Origin: Rhina ancylostomus
Taxonomy: Eukaryota
DNA: 64,000 nt
Direction of reading: 5' to 3'
Assembly (NCBI GenBank): GCA_030265395.1
Contig: JARFYF010000012.1
Coordinates: 30,503,036-30,567,035 of the forward strand
Shown piece after piece: positions 56,901-64,000 of this stretch. The notes beneath the pieces were generated by a model. It was not told where the DNA came from. It saw only the letters and a program-made list of their open reading frames with translations, and did not search any database. Position 1 is the first letter of the stretch; each line of letters opens with the position of its first letter. The translations under genes and the position numbers were made by a program.

Positions 56901-59900
56901 AACTGCTTACACAAAACCTTCCAGCAAATGGCATGACTAATTCTGCAAAAATGCTCATGAATCTCTGGTAATTTGTACCAATTTATATCATTTTTGATCA
57001 AAACATTAAAATAGCCTTTCAAAAGAAGTCTTTAAGAGATGGTGGAGCAGTGTTTAAGAGAACTCCAAAGCTGCCCTTGATTTCTTTGCTTCGAAGGAGT
57101 TTCGTATTAAGAAATACTCCTCCTGGTTATCTGCAAGGTCGAGACAAGATGGAATCCATACCAACCTTTGTCAGATAAACATGCATTGGGCTAGTGTAGC
57201 CACACGTCTGTACCCATCAATGCAGTTGTTACATGTTAAGGGCACCAAATGCTGCCAGAAATAAACTGTAATCCCAACTACTCCGAACTGGAAACAGGAG
57301 AGGACATACAACCCCATGGCAAAAGTGGCATCCAGGACTACACAAGCTTAACTGCATTGGATCTTAGCCAAGATTGAGCATGCTTAAAGTAGCCACAAGA
57401 GAATTATTGGCAAACTTCATTTCCAAGGAATATTTTGGCAGTACCTGTTTATAACTACAAAGCTTACAGTAATGAACACCTGATACATGAAGCAATTTTC
57501 AAATCTTAGTTACCTATGCATTCAAAGGATAAAGATAGGAGAAATGCTGTCATCGAGACAGGAGGTGGGATCATGACAAGCAAAATTGGAGGGGGGGGGG
57601 GAAGGGAGAATGGTTTGACAACAAAATTACAGTAGCAACATATCAAGTTTGAAAGAGATAAAGACAAATATATTTCAAGTGTTTAGCAGCTTTGCAAAAA
57701 TGGATACTCAAAACACATTTCCCCTTCTCCACTTCTATTTACAAAGAAAAGCACAACCTACCAGGTTCATCATATACATAGCCAATGTCCAGCTNNNNNN
57801 NNNNNNNNNNNNNNNNNNNNNNNNNNNNNNNNNNNNNNNNNNNNNNNNNNNNNNNNNNNNNNNNNNNNNNNNNNNNNNNNNNNNNNNNNNNNNNGAAAAA
57901 CAAAATGGTTATATTTTAAAGTGAGGTCTAATTGTTCACTTTACAAACAATACAATGTTAACATCTAGGAGATGTGTACTTCAGACTACACAAGCTACCA
58001 GGCCAACTTTATGTGCAGGTGTAGCTTACTTGATATTTTACATCATCATAGTGATCTTACTACATAGTTTAGCAAACGTTCCTTTCAAGTGTGGGAAGAG
58101 AATGGCTCTAATGATTGCGAGGACCCCAATGACAGGAACTAAAAGCAGTCAACTACAAACCAGAAATACCATGAGTGCCCAGAAATTAAACTGTTTGGAA
58201 TAATAAGGAACATATCCTTCACCTCAGTACTAGATCTCAAACTCAACCTATGCTACATTCAAGTTTGAGTTTCCAAGAAAAAAAACAAAATACCCATTTT
58301 CATAATCCCCAACTCCAGCTTCACGCAAAATTTAAACACACGTGTCACAATTCAGAAAAAAGGGAGATTTAGATAATATTGGCATTTCCAAAAAGTTTAG
58401 CAGTTTTAATTACTGGGTTTATTCATTCTGTTAATAATTTAAATCTAATCACCAAGATACATAGGTTAAAAGCTCACCTTGAATTCTCCCATTAGTGAAT
58501 CTGATCGCAATGAAAATGAATTGTACACCTGAAAAGAAAACAATAAATTAAATTTGCCTCAGAAGCTCTAAAAAAAAATCAAACTTATTACAAGTACAAT
58601 TGAAACTTACTCTAATTTGGATTGATTCATCAAATAGCTCCTCTGGTGATCGAGTTACATTGAAGAAGAAAATCTGTTAACAAAAGAACATCGGTTACAA
58701 CAGGGTACATAGGAATGAGTGCTGAACTGGGCTCTCAATAGCCAGACATCAAAAAGAGGAAAAAAAATGCTTGTGCTTTAAAAGACACAATAATCCCAGA
58801 AGGTGCATTTATCTACTGCCCTTGACATTCAATGATATTACCATTGCTATATTCACTCTCAGCCTCCTCTCCAATATCAATATTCCAGAGGTTAATGAAT
58901 GGAAACTTAAGTAAATGAGCTAAATAAGGACCAAAATTCTATGAAGAACAACTCTAACCCTGACACCCTCACAAAGCATTTCTACATCTATTTGACAAGT
59001 CAAGACCCAGTTCACTAACTATTGCCTAGATAAAAAGGAGTTCCAACAAACACTAGAAGCTCATCAATCCTTGTTTAAAGCAATCGATTTGATTAGCGCC
59101 CTATACATTTCCTTTAATACTTACTCACTACACCACTGGCTCAGTTTAATGTCAACAGAATGCATTTCAGCAAACCTGTCACCCTTCTCATCAAGCACAC
59201 CAACTAATGTTTGGAATATTAGCAGCTCCCCCAAATTGCACATAGTCACTAGGTCAAAATCCTGGCATTTCATACATAACCGCACACTGGGATTCCCACA
59301 TCCTATGAATAATTAAAAGTGTCACAAAATAAGTTGTGCATCTCGATTGTTAGGGCTTTATGCTATTACTATTATTTTGCACATGGCAAGTTCCCATTGA
59401 TCCCAATTAGTATTGGAGAGATACATTTCAACATGAACAATGGGGAAATACTTCAGCTTTTCTTTAAGTACTTATGGGATCCTGTACCACCAAGAGAGCA
59501 GACTGGCCAACACTCAGTCTAACAACTAGCTCCAATAAGTAAGATTGCTAATAGGAGTAGACCATGCAGCATTATTGAGATGGCACCAAGTTAAGTATTG
59601 AATACTTCAAAGCACAAGTTAATATTTATGTACCTCATCGAAATGGGGGTTGTTTCCTCTTCGAATCCTTGTTCGATGAGTCTGATTGCAGACAGTCACT
59701 TTAACTACAGGCTTTACATTATTACCTGGCAACTGACGTGCTGCAATTATCCTCACCCGAATCTGAAAATACAGCATAGCAACTCAGGTGCAAAAATTGT
59801 GCTTTATACTTATTGTACAAACAAACAAAAATAAACCAGTCACCATTAGCAGTTTCCTTTCCAAATGGACTGCAGTTGGAAACAGTCTAAATGAAGTGCT

Positions 59901-60184
59901 ACCTCACACATTCTACAAGTTCAACATCCTCACAGTTAAGTGGAAAGTGGCTCCATGAAGACAAAATAAAATTCCTTTTACTGCCAGAGGAAAATAATTG
60001 CTGCCTTGACTCTTCCAATGCATGGATAAATTATATACCTGGAAATCCTGGGGTTTGTTGGATAGCATCCTCTTACTTTTCTTCCTCCGGGACCTTTTCG
60101 CTCCTGGAAGGGCTGGCACGCCAGGCGTTCCTGTAACCCCTCCATCCCCTGCTCCACCCGCCGTATCTTCTTCGTCACCTTCAT
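3687..60184 (-). CDS. MYOF: Myoferlin, partial multi-exon gene span (exons ~6-38; gene extends beyond both window ends)
   Basis: 33 exons with canonical AG/GT ends whose phases chain into one ORF (3839 nt). Peptides such as [43 protein letters not shown] and [16 protein letters not shown] match myoferlin rather than dysferlin. Most exon sizes equal the recalled human MYOF sizes. Confidence 0.97.
4023..4188 (-). CDS. MYOF: MYOF exon ~37 (166 nt)
   Basis: [55 protein letters not shown]. Confidence 0.96.
5247..5408 (-). CDS. MYOF: MYOF exon ~36 (162 nt, C2DE)
   Basis: [54 protein letters not shown]. Confidence 0.97.
6384..6485 (-). CDS. MYOF: MYOF exon ~35 (102 nt)
   Basis: [34 protein letters not shown]. 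Confidence 0.95.
7121..7279 (-). CDS. MYOF: MYOF exon ~34 (159 nt)
   Basis: [53 protein letters not shown]. Confidence 0.97.
7371..7552 (-). CDS. MYOF: MYOF exon ~33 (182 nt, C2D)
   Basis: [61 protein letters not shown]. Confidence 0.97.
9774..9851 (-). CDS. MYOF: MYOF exon ~32 (78 nt, C2D start)
   Basis: [26 protein letters not shown]. Confidence 0.96.
10418..10655 (+). mobile_element. Degenerate tRNA-derived Deu-type SINE (SacSINE1/AmnSINE-like)
   Basis: tRNA-like head ggtagcac..gagtcagaaggttaagggtttaagtctcactccag followed by Deu-like core (gatttcatagcacttgttttgaag); family recalled from memory, boundaries approximate. Confidence 0.55.
12525..12612 (-). CDS. MYOF: MYOF exon ~31 (88 nt)
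   Basis: [29 protein letters not shown]; donor gtaagt; phase fits neighbours. Confidence 0.92.
13034..13207 (-). CDS. MYOF: MYOF exon ~30 (174 nt)
   Basis: [58 protein letters not shown]. Confidence 0.95.
13563..13705 (-). CDS. MYOF: MYOF exon ~29 (143 nt)
   Basis: [48 protein letters not shown]. Confidence 0.95.
14090..14720 (-). mobile_element. Old CR1 LINE 3' fragment
   Basis: cagccatttggccc tail motif and ccagaacttgacaac RT C-terminal motif similar to other CR1 pieces in the window. Confidence 0.55.
16853..16955 (-). CDS. MYOF: MYOF exon ~28 (103 nt, inner DysF)
   Basis: [34 protein letters not shown]. Confidence 0.96.
17736..17850 (-). CDS. MYOF: MYOF exon ~27 (115 nt)
   Basis: [38 protein letters not shown]. 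Confidence 0.96.
19293..19935 (+). mobile_element. 5'-truncated Penelope-like element (GIY-YIG endonuclease remnant + pseudo-LTR) with 10-bp TSD
   Basis: [35 protein letters not shown] from 19344; TSD TCCTCCTGGA at 19283-19292 and 19936-19945. Confidence 0.85.
19946..20520 (-). mobile_element. CR1 LINE reverse-transcriptase remnant
   Basis: degenerate motifs [13 protein letters not shown] (cf. YMDFQKAFDKVPH) and [13 protein letters not shown] (cf. SGVPQGSVLGPLLF). Confidence 0.75.
20930..21125 (-). mobile_element. Partial HE1-like SINE (3' half)
   Basis: similar to 37170-37370 (ggccattcagccc...gggcaatttacagtagcc). Confidence 0.6.
21125..23235 (+). mobile_element. Degenerate CR1 LINE ORF2 fragments (interrupted by SINE at 21352-21594)
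   Basis: NYRP-S-L region, gatttt cagaatgctttcaacaaagtcccacac (DFQ-AF-KVPH), LYKAP-RPHLEYC-EIWS motifs; many stops and frameshifts. Confidence 0.75.
21352..21594 (-). mobile_element. Short tRNA-derived V-SINE (HE1-like), near full length
   Basis: tRNA-like head with B-box gggttcaattccc, V-domain (gtgggtttcctccaggtgctccggtttcctcccaca), tail gggcctgttaccacgctgtaaataaaa; four further copies in the window. Confidence 0.9.
23497..23660 (-). CDS. MYOF: MYOF exon ~26 (164 nt, DysF)
   Basis: [54 protein letters not shown]. Confidence 0.97.
24130..25300 (+). mobile_element. Highly degenerate RTE-like LINE remnant
   Basis: gccttcatcaacctgaccagagccttc (AFI-LT-AF) and Q-RWSGH...LPEQLL-AQL-type motifs; boundaries approximate. 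Confidence 0.5.
26284..26415 (-). CDS. MYOF: MYOF exon ~25 (132 nt)
   Basis: [44 protein letters not shown]. Confidence 0.96.
26719..26782. repeat. Four overlapping perfect inverted repeats
   Basis: CATTGATCAATG palindrome; TGCTTTATCAATG/CATTGATAAAGCA; TGATGGAGCATTG/CAATGCTCCATCA; TAAAGCAATGCT/AGCATTGCTTTA. Confidence 0.9.
28625..29692 (+). mobile_element. Penelope-like element remnant with inverted pseudo-LTR ends
   Basis: frameshifted [36 protein letters not shown] (GIY-YIG region); 28650-28830 is a diverged inverse of 29520-29690. Confidence 0.7.
30955..31278 (+). mobile_element. CR1/HER1-like LINE 3' end
   Basis: gtggtgagtgcatggaac...gagactcttag...gggttgaagggcctgtactgcactgtagtgttcta tail. 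Confidence 0.8.
31471..31626 (-). CDS. MYOF: MYOF exon ~24 (156 nt, FerB)
   Basis: [52 protein letters not shown]. Confidence 0.97.
32250..32620. mobile_element. Fold-back non-autonomous element (Penelope pseudo-LTR-derived)
   Basis: 32280-32385 is an imperfect reverse complement of 32515-32620; shares ggtcaggc-gcatctgt motif with the PLE ends. Confidence 0.7.
33294..33486 (-). CDS. MYOF: MYOF exon ~23 (193 nt, FerA)
   Basis: [64 protein letters not shown]. Confidence 0.96.
34282..34388 (-). CDS. MYOF: MYOF exon ~22 (107 nt, FerA)
   Basis: [35 protein letters not shown]. Confidence 0.94.
35337..35461 (-). CDS. MYOF: MYOF exon ~21 (125 nt)
   Basis: [42 protein letters not shown]. Confidence 0.97.
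35715..36050 (+). mobile_element. Non-LTR retrotransposon 3' end (family unassigned)
   Basis: related degraded copy at ~58830-59318 (shared ggtcaaaatcctgg motif); recognisable dispersed repeat. Confidence 0.6.
36922..37099 (-). CDS. MYOF: MYOF exon ~20 (178 nt)
   Basis: [59 protein letters not shown]. Confidence 0.97.
37170..37522 (-). mobile_element. Long HE1-like V-SINE
   Basis: tRNA-like head (gggcagtacgatagcgcagctagtagagc), V-domain gtggagtttgcacgttctccc, CR1-type tail gggccaaagggcctgtttccatgctgtatct. Confidence 0.85.
38592..38705 (-). CDS. MYOF: MYOF exon ~19 (114 nt)
   Basis: [38 protein letters not shown]. Confidence 0.96.
39135..39772 (+). mobile_element. CR1 LINE 3' end (ORF2 C-terminus + 3'UTR)
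   Basis: [46 protein letters not shown]; tail gaatggtggagcagactc...ttatgattatg. Confidence 0.9.
40187..40311 (-). CDS. MYOF: MYOF exon ~18 (125 nt)
   Basis: [42 protein letters not shown]. Confidence 0.96.
40602..40843 (+). mobile_element. Short V-SINE (HE1-like)
   Basis: same family as 21352-21594. Confidence 0.9.
41297..41323 (-). CDS. Candidate 27-nt microexon (DLVYVDLNA), paralogue of 41411-41449
   Basis: ctgttag|ACTTGGTTTATGTTGATTTGAATGCAG|gtatgt; open in phase 1, strong donor; competing AG 8 nt upstream. Confidence 0.35.
41411..41449 (-). CDS. Candidate 39-nt cassette exon ([13 protein letters not shown])
   Basis: ttttctgttag|ACTTGATTTATATTGAC...GGTACTG|gttaaa; open in phase 1, weak donor. 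Confidence 0.3.
42928..42948 (-). CDS. Candidate 21-nt MYOF microexon (GSNVHLT, phase 1-1)
   Basis: ttcattgtag|GCTCGAATGTGCATTTAACTG|gtaaga; strong splice sites, open and frame-preserving. Confidence 0.55.
43214..43249 (-). CDS. MYOF: MYOF alternative exon ~17 orthologue (36 nt, phase 1-1)
   Basis: ctaac branch point + pyrimidine tract + cag|ATGATGAGGGAACTGGGGCTTCTCCATCAAATGAAG|gttcat; [12 protein letters not shown] resembles recalled human exon 17 (..SGTGAASYT). Confidence 0.8.
43804..43968. mobile_element. Short fold-back Penelope pseudo-LTR-derived element
   Basis: gcaaaataaac..gctagaggaactcag / ctgagtcctcgagcagtttattttttgc inverted arms; possible TSD TCTGAA. Confidence 0.65.
44310..44985 (+). 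mobile_element. Degenerate CR1 3' fragment
   Basis: [36 protein letters not shown]; tail atgggccaaagggtcagtttctgtgctgta. Confidence 0.75.
46602..46684 (-). CDS. MYOF: MYOF exon ~16 (83 nt)
   Basis: [27 protein letters not shown]. Confidence 0.95.
46722..47026 (+). mobile_element. LINE 3' end (Rex1/Babar- or L2-like)
   Basis: [19 protein letters not shown]-terminus, 3'UTR ending acaataaactc; second tail copy at ~50820-50920. Confidence 0.7.
47850..47919 (+). repeat. (TG)n microsatellite, about 35 units, running into an assembly gap
   Basis: directly visible. Confidence 0.98.
48348..48572 (+). mobile_element. Short V-SINE (HE1-like) nested in the solo LTR
   Basis: same family as 21352-21594; A-rich tail. 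Confidence 0.9.
49460..49503 (-). CDS. MYOF: MYOF exon ~15 (44 nt)
   Basis: [15 protein letters not shown]; donor gtgagt. Confidence 0.95.
52718..52786 (-). CDS. MYOF: MYOF exon ~14 (69 nt)
   Basis: [23 protein letters not shown]. Confidence 0.96.
52887..52990 (-). CDS. MYOF: MYOF exon ~13 (104 nt)
   Basis: [35 protein letters not shown]. Confidence 0.96.
53555..54215 (-). mobile_element. Internally deleted CR1/HER1-like LINE
   Basis: ORF2 linker peptide ([26 protein letters not shown]), then post-RT peptide ([28 protein letters not shown]), then 3' tail gggctgaagggccc. Confidence 0.85.
54716..54842 (-). CDS. MYOF: MYOF exon ~12 (127 nt, FerI/C2C)
   Basis: [42 protein letters not shown]. 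Confidence 0.96.
56071..56186 (-). CDS. MYOF: MYOF exon ~11 (116 nt)
   Basis: [39 protein letters not shown]. Confidence 0.96.
57762..57792 (-). CDS. MYOF: MYOF exon ~10 (31 nt)
   Basis: [10 protein letters not shown](G); donor gtaggt; the acceptor AG abuts the N-gap starting at 57795. Confidence 0.93.
58478..58528 (-). CDS. MYOF: MYOF exon ~9 (51 nt)
   Basis: [17 protein letters not shown]; donor gtgagc. Confidence 0.95.
58611..58673 (-). CDS. MYOF: MYOF exon ~8 (63 nt)
   Basis: [21 protein letters not shown]; donor gtaagt. Confidence 0.95.
59634..59762 (-). CDS. MYOF: MYOF exon ~7 (129 nt, C2B)
   Basis: [43 protein letters not shown]; AG/GT ends. Confidence 0.96.
60039..60184 (-). CDS. 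MYOF: MYOF exon ~6 (146 nt, C2A-C2B linker)
   Basis: ttgtag|ATGAAGGT...TTCCAG|gtatat; [11 protein letters not shown]...[12 protein letters not shown]. Confidence 0.92.
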
Positions 60185-62931
60185 CTACAAATGGCAAGAT
60201 GCCCAATGAGAACTCAACCATTTGCGTACACCTTCCCCGGTATACCATTTAGAAGGAAGCAAGTTTAATCTCTTCTGGACTTGCATTCTATCAAATGCAC
60301 TCAACATAATGAATCGCTACCTTGGAGGTGCCACATAAATGACCCTCTGCACCAGACAGCCCAACTTCCTCTCTCTAATATTCAATGCCTTTACTATCCA
60401 ATTGTTGTTTGCCAATTGTTAATTGGCAACTAAGCATAAATGCAAAGGCTACTCAGGCATCCGTATCAATCCCCCATTTACCTCTGTACAGAATGTGTGG
60501 ACCAAACCAGGAAGCACTTCCAACATTTTCTATTTTTAATGCAGGAATATTACTCATTTTGAATGGAGATTTAGAGAGTCTACATTTAGCATCACAGAAA
60601 AATTGACAACTTTTAGCAATATTCTTAGAAATCTTCACTAACCTAGACACGACAACACCAAGTGCTTGTTGCTAGTTTTTCTTCTACTTTCCCACTAGCT
60701 CAAGTGGCTACTGAATTTGACAGGATGTGGACAGCAGTCAATTCGCATTGCGTGCAGCTCTTTGCTGCTTTTAGAAATGAAGAATGGGGCATAGCTTAAA
60801 TATTATCTGAACAGTTAGATTTGCTCATGTGCTATAAGAATGATAATAAAACACAGGGTATTGTTTCACTGAAGTGTTCACATACGAATTCTTAGGGATA
60901 TTTCCCACAAGAGCCAATTACCAGTATAATGAATTTACGTGGCACCTCCAAACAGATGTAGATACAGCAGGAAACTTGGAAACCTGAACATAATGACTCC
61001 AGAAATTACCACTAGTTATATCCCTCCCATCAGGACCAAGTTTTAATCTACATCCTTGAACACTACTTAATATTAACTCTAAGAAGACAGGAAGCCAACT
61101 TGAATAAGGTTACACATTTTTCTTTATCCAAGTTGCTAATACAAATTACAAACAGCTCATTGCCCAGTTGCATTCACAGTGGCACTCGTCTCAACAATCT
61201 GCCAATTCCTAGTTTTGTCCTCAAGTCAATCCTCTGTTATCCCCCAATGCATTGAACCATTGCTTTACATATTTCAACACTGTCACAATCAACAAATATT
61301 TTCTTGGTAATATTGTTGACTGCAAGGAACACACTTTAGGGCTCCAGCCAAAACCATTCTGCAGAATCTAGCTTAAAATGTAATATTACAACAAATTATC
61401 TATAATTTAAGAATCTGTAAGACATGGAAACAAAAAAAAAACAATGCTAGAAAGCCTTGAAATGCTAGAATGCTAGAAAAACTTATGCATTAGGCATCAC
61501 AAACTGACTTTCTCGTTTCAAGGAAATGCAGGTCACAAATATAGAATTTGCCCACAGCACTTCTGATAATACTCCATGTGATCAAAGGAGTTAGCTTGCT
61601 GAATTGCCACTGCCCAGCAAAAAAAAATGGAAATTATAAAGTGAAGATTAATTAGTAAAATGAATGCCATCATTTTGTGGATCTTAGCATGAGTAAATTG
61701 AATGAGGCATGAATCGTGGTGACTGTAGGAGTCTGATCACACTCCATACAGAATTTCAAGAGTGCATTGCTTTCTTAAATAAGTAACTCCACACAGAATT
61801 CCTGCTGATCAACTAGTGTGCACTGCTTTCTCGAATAAACAAACTTTAGTTAACTAATGACCAAACCTTTGGTCTGATCTTGCTCGATCTTATTTGAAAG
61901 AATAACTAAGTTTACAGACTAAATGAAGTATAACCAAACTGTACAAAGAAAGCCTGGAGTTGTCCTCACACACAAAACAACATCTCCACTGTTACCTTTG
62001 AAATTAGCATTGTTAGTTACTGATTCATTCCACAAAGTTGCTTCTCTTCACAATGAGCATGGGTCATTGGTCTGTTAATTACTTAGAATGTATCCTATTC
62101 TTTAAACAAACTGTAAAGAGGATTTTGCACCAGCACAAGATTCAGGCAAGGTCTAGAACATGTGGTGCAAGGATATGCTTCCTATCAGCTTGTTAGCAAA
62201 TAATAGTGTACTATATATAGCTCATTATCACAAGCAATGTTATTGAGCAGAACAAATGAAAACCAGATGTGTCAACATTCTGCATTTTTCAGTTATAATG
62301 GTGAAATAAATGAATGCTGTTTCTCCATTACTCTGCTCTAAAGTCATTTGGCAGAATACCTCATTTGGCCAAACTCCCAAATGAGTACCAAGATCTTGAT
62401 TAGCTGGAGAAGAGAAAGACCCTCCCTTCATGCACAGCCAGCATCTCCATCCCACTGTGCACTGCCCATGACATGGGTGCGGTGAAGATGAGACACAGTC
62501 ATCCACCTCCTTGCGAGTGTTTACCAAGGTTTGGAAAGGGATGCAGTAGTTCTTGTTGAGAATTATCTTGGGTTACACGGCTGCTCAGAACTCTCACACA
62601 TAGATAATGACAAAGCACAAAAATAAAAATCAACAACCGTGAAAGATGCACTTTGGTCTGCTTTAGTCTTCTAACGCAAGATGTCCACAAGTGAATAGTG
62701 TCAACAGGCACATTCCAAGGTGCTGTAGTACATACTGATGGATGCACTGAGCCTAGGTGCAGACACCGCAAATGCCAGGGGGAAAGGGACAATAGTCTAG
62801 CGTCCTATCACCACTGCATGTTGAGGGGCTGAGCATGTTTATTGCACCATTGAAGCATTTGAGAAGCTATATTTAAGGATGAAATATTAGTACTATTGAT
62901 ATATTGTAAGGGCATGTTGCTTCATAATTGA

Positions 62932-63306
62932 GGGGCAGCATGGTAGCGTAATGGTTAGCACAGCGCCAGCGACCCGGGTTCAATCCCTGCCGCTGCCTGT
63001 CAGGAGTTTGTACATTCTCCTGTGTCTGCGTGGGTTTCCTCCAGGTACTCCCGTTTCCTCCCACATTCTAAAGACGTATGGGTAGGTTAATTTGGGGTTT
63101 AAAATGGGCGGTGTGGACTCATTGGGCCAGAAGGGCCTGTTACCACGCTGTAANNNNNNNNNNNNNNNNNNNNNNNNNNNNNNNNNNNNNNNNNNNNNNN
63201 NNNNNNNNNNNNNNNNNNNNNNNNNNNNNNNNNNNNNNNNNNNNNNNNNNNNNGACTCATTGGGCCAGAAGGGCCTGTTACCACGCTGTAAATAAAATTT
63301 TAAAAA
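62932..63306 (+). mobile_element. Short V-SINE (HE1-like), split by an N-gap with duplicated 3' end
   Basis: same family as 21352-21594; gactcattgggccagaagggcctgttaccacgctgtaa on both sides of the gap. Confidence 0.9.
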
Positions 63307-63894
63307 TTTTTTAACAATTGCTTCATACAATGAATGGAGGTAATGACATGCCCCAAATGCATTCATTGTAATATGAATAGAGCATATTTTTTGGGGAAAA
63401 AACAAACTTTCTGGAAAAGGCAAGTAGAAAAAGAAAAAGCACATTCTGGTCTGCACCTTCTCAAAAGGTTAAAACAGTGGTGATTAAGAAATAGTTCTTT
63501 AACATTATCTGTGAATGCAAATAGCATTGCATGACCTACGGAGTAAAGTTACTATGCCTAATTTGCTGATACATTCAGATCCAAATACATTTTGTCAAAA
63601 CTTGCAATCTGATTGGAACGAGAACATGAGAAATTAATTTTGACAATGACTATTGATATTTTTAAACTGAAAACATGCCAGTGAAGTTCGAATTTAAATA
63701 TCCACATTAGCCTTCAAAATCATTGAATGCACTAATTCCAGATGAAAGATAATGGATATTGTTATTTCAGATCTTTGACAGCCATATTGTAGGCTACATG
63801 ATTTACAGGAATATTATATTTATCACCCAAAAACACTTCCCAGCATTGATTTCTGTGTGTCCATGTGGCAGACAAAGACAATTACCACTTTCTA

Positions 63895-64000
63895 ACAGGA
63901 TAGTGTGATGCTATTACAGCACCAGCGATCGGGGTTCAATTCCAGTCACTGTAAGGAGTTTGTACATTCTCCCGTGTCTGCGTGGGTTTCCTCCAGGTGC
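63895..64000 (+). mobile_element. Short V-SINE 5' part, truncated by window end
   Basis: ggggttcaattcc B-box and start of V-domain. Confidence 0.85.

Noticed and set aside
3687-60184. Alternative identity as dysferlin or FER1L5
   Set aside because: Diagnostic peptides and exon sizes fit myoferlin better.
62932-63000. tRNA-like A/B boxes at SINE heads (also near 21540-21594, 37450-37522, 40602, 48348)
   Set aside because: They are heads of tRNA-derived SINEs continuing into V-domain and LINE-type tails; no complete cloverleaf.
63115-63290. Apparent tandem duplication of a SINE 3' end
   Set aside because: The identical 38-mer sits on both sides of a 100-N gap, which is typical of an unmerged contig overlap rather than biology.
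1-64000. Remaining short ORFs in the six-frame track; prokaryotic-type systems such as CRISPR arrays or operons
   Set aside because: The ORFs are antisense shadows of exons, decayed transposon frames or random; no repeat-spacer array or gene-dense structure exists in this intron-rich vertebrate locus.

Overview
Eukaryotic (vertebrate) genomic DNA, AT-rich, with several N-gaps. The window lies inside one large minus-strand gene, myoferlin (MYOF). I traced 33 consecutive GT-AG exons, equivalent to human MYOF exons 6-38 (numbering and human comparisons recalled from memory, not aligned). They join into one open frame of 3839 nt covering C2B, FerI, C2C, FerA, FerB, nested DysF, C2D and C2DE. The gene 5' end (exons 1-5) and 3' end lie outside the window. 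Introns are full of HE1/V-type and Deu-type SINEs, CR1 and other LINE fragments, Penelope-like (GIY-YIG) elements and one solo LTR; this repeat set suggests a cartilaginous fish (inference). The most interesting signal is two largely repeat-free intronic zones packed with short, frame-preserving exon candidates. The first lies after exon 38: a 57-nt exon-38a (calpain-site) orthologue plus 33-, 15- and 9-nt candidates. The second surrounds exon 17: 36-, 21-, 39- and 27-nt candidates, the last two a tandem duplicate pair. All microexon calls rest on splice signals and reading frame only and need RNA evidence. No prokaryotic-type system, CRISPR array, rRNA or bona fide tRNA gene was seen.
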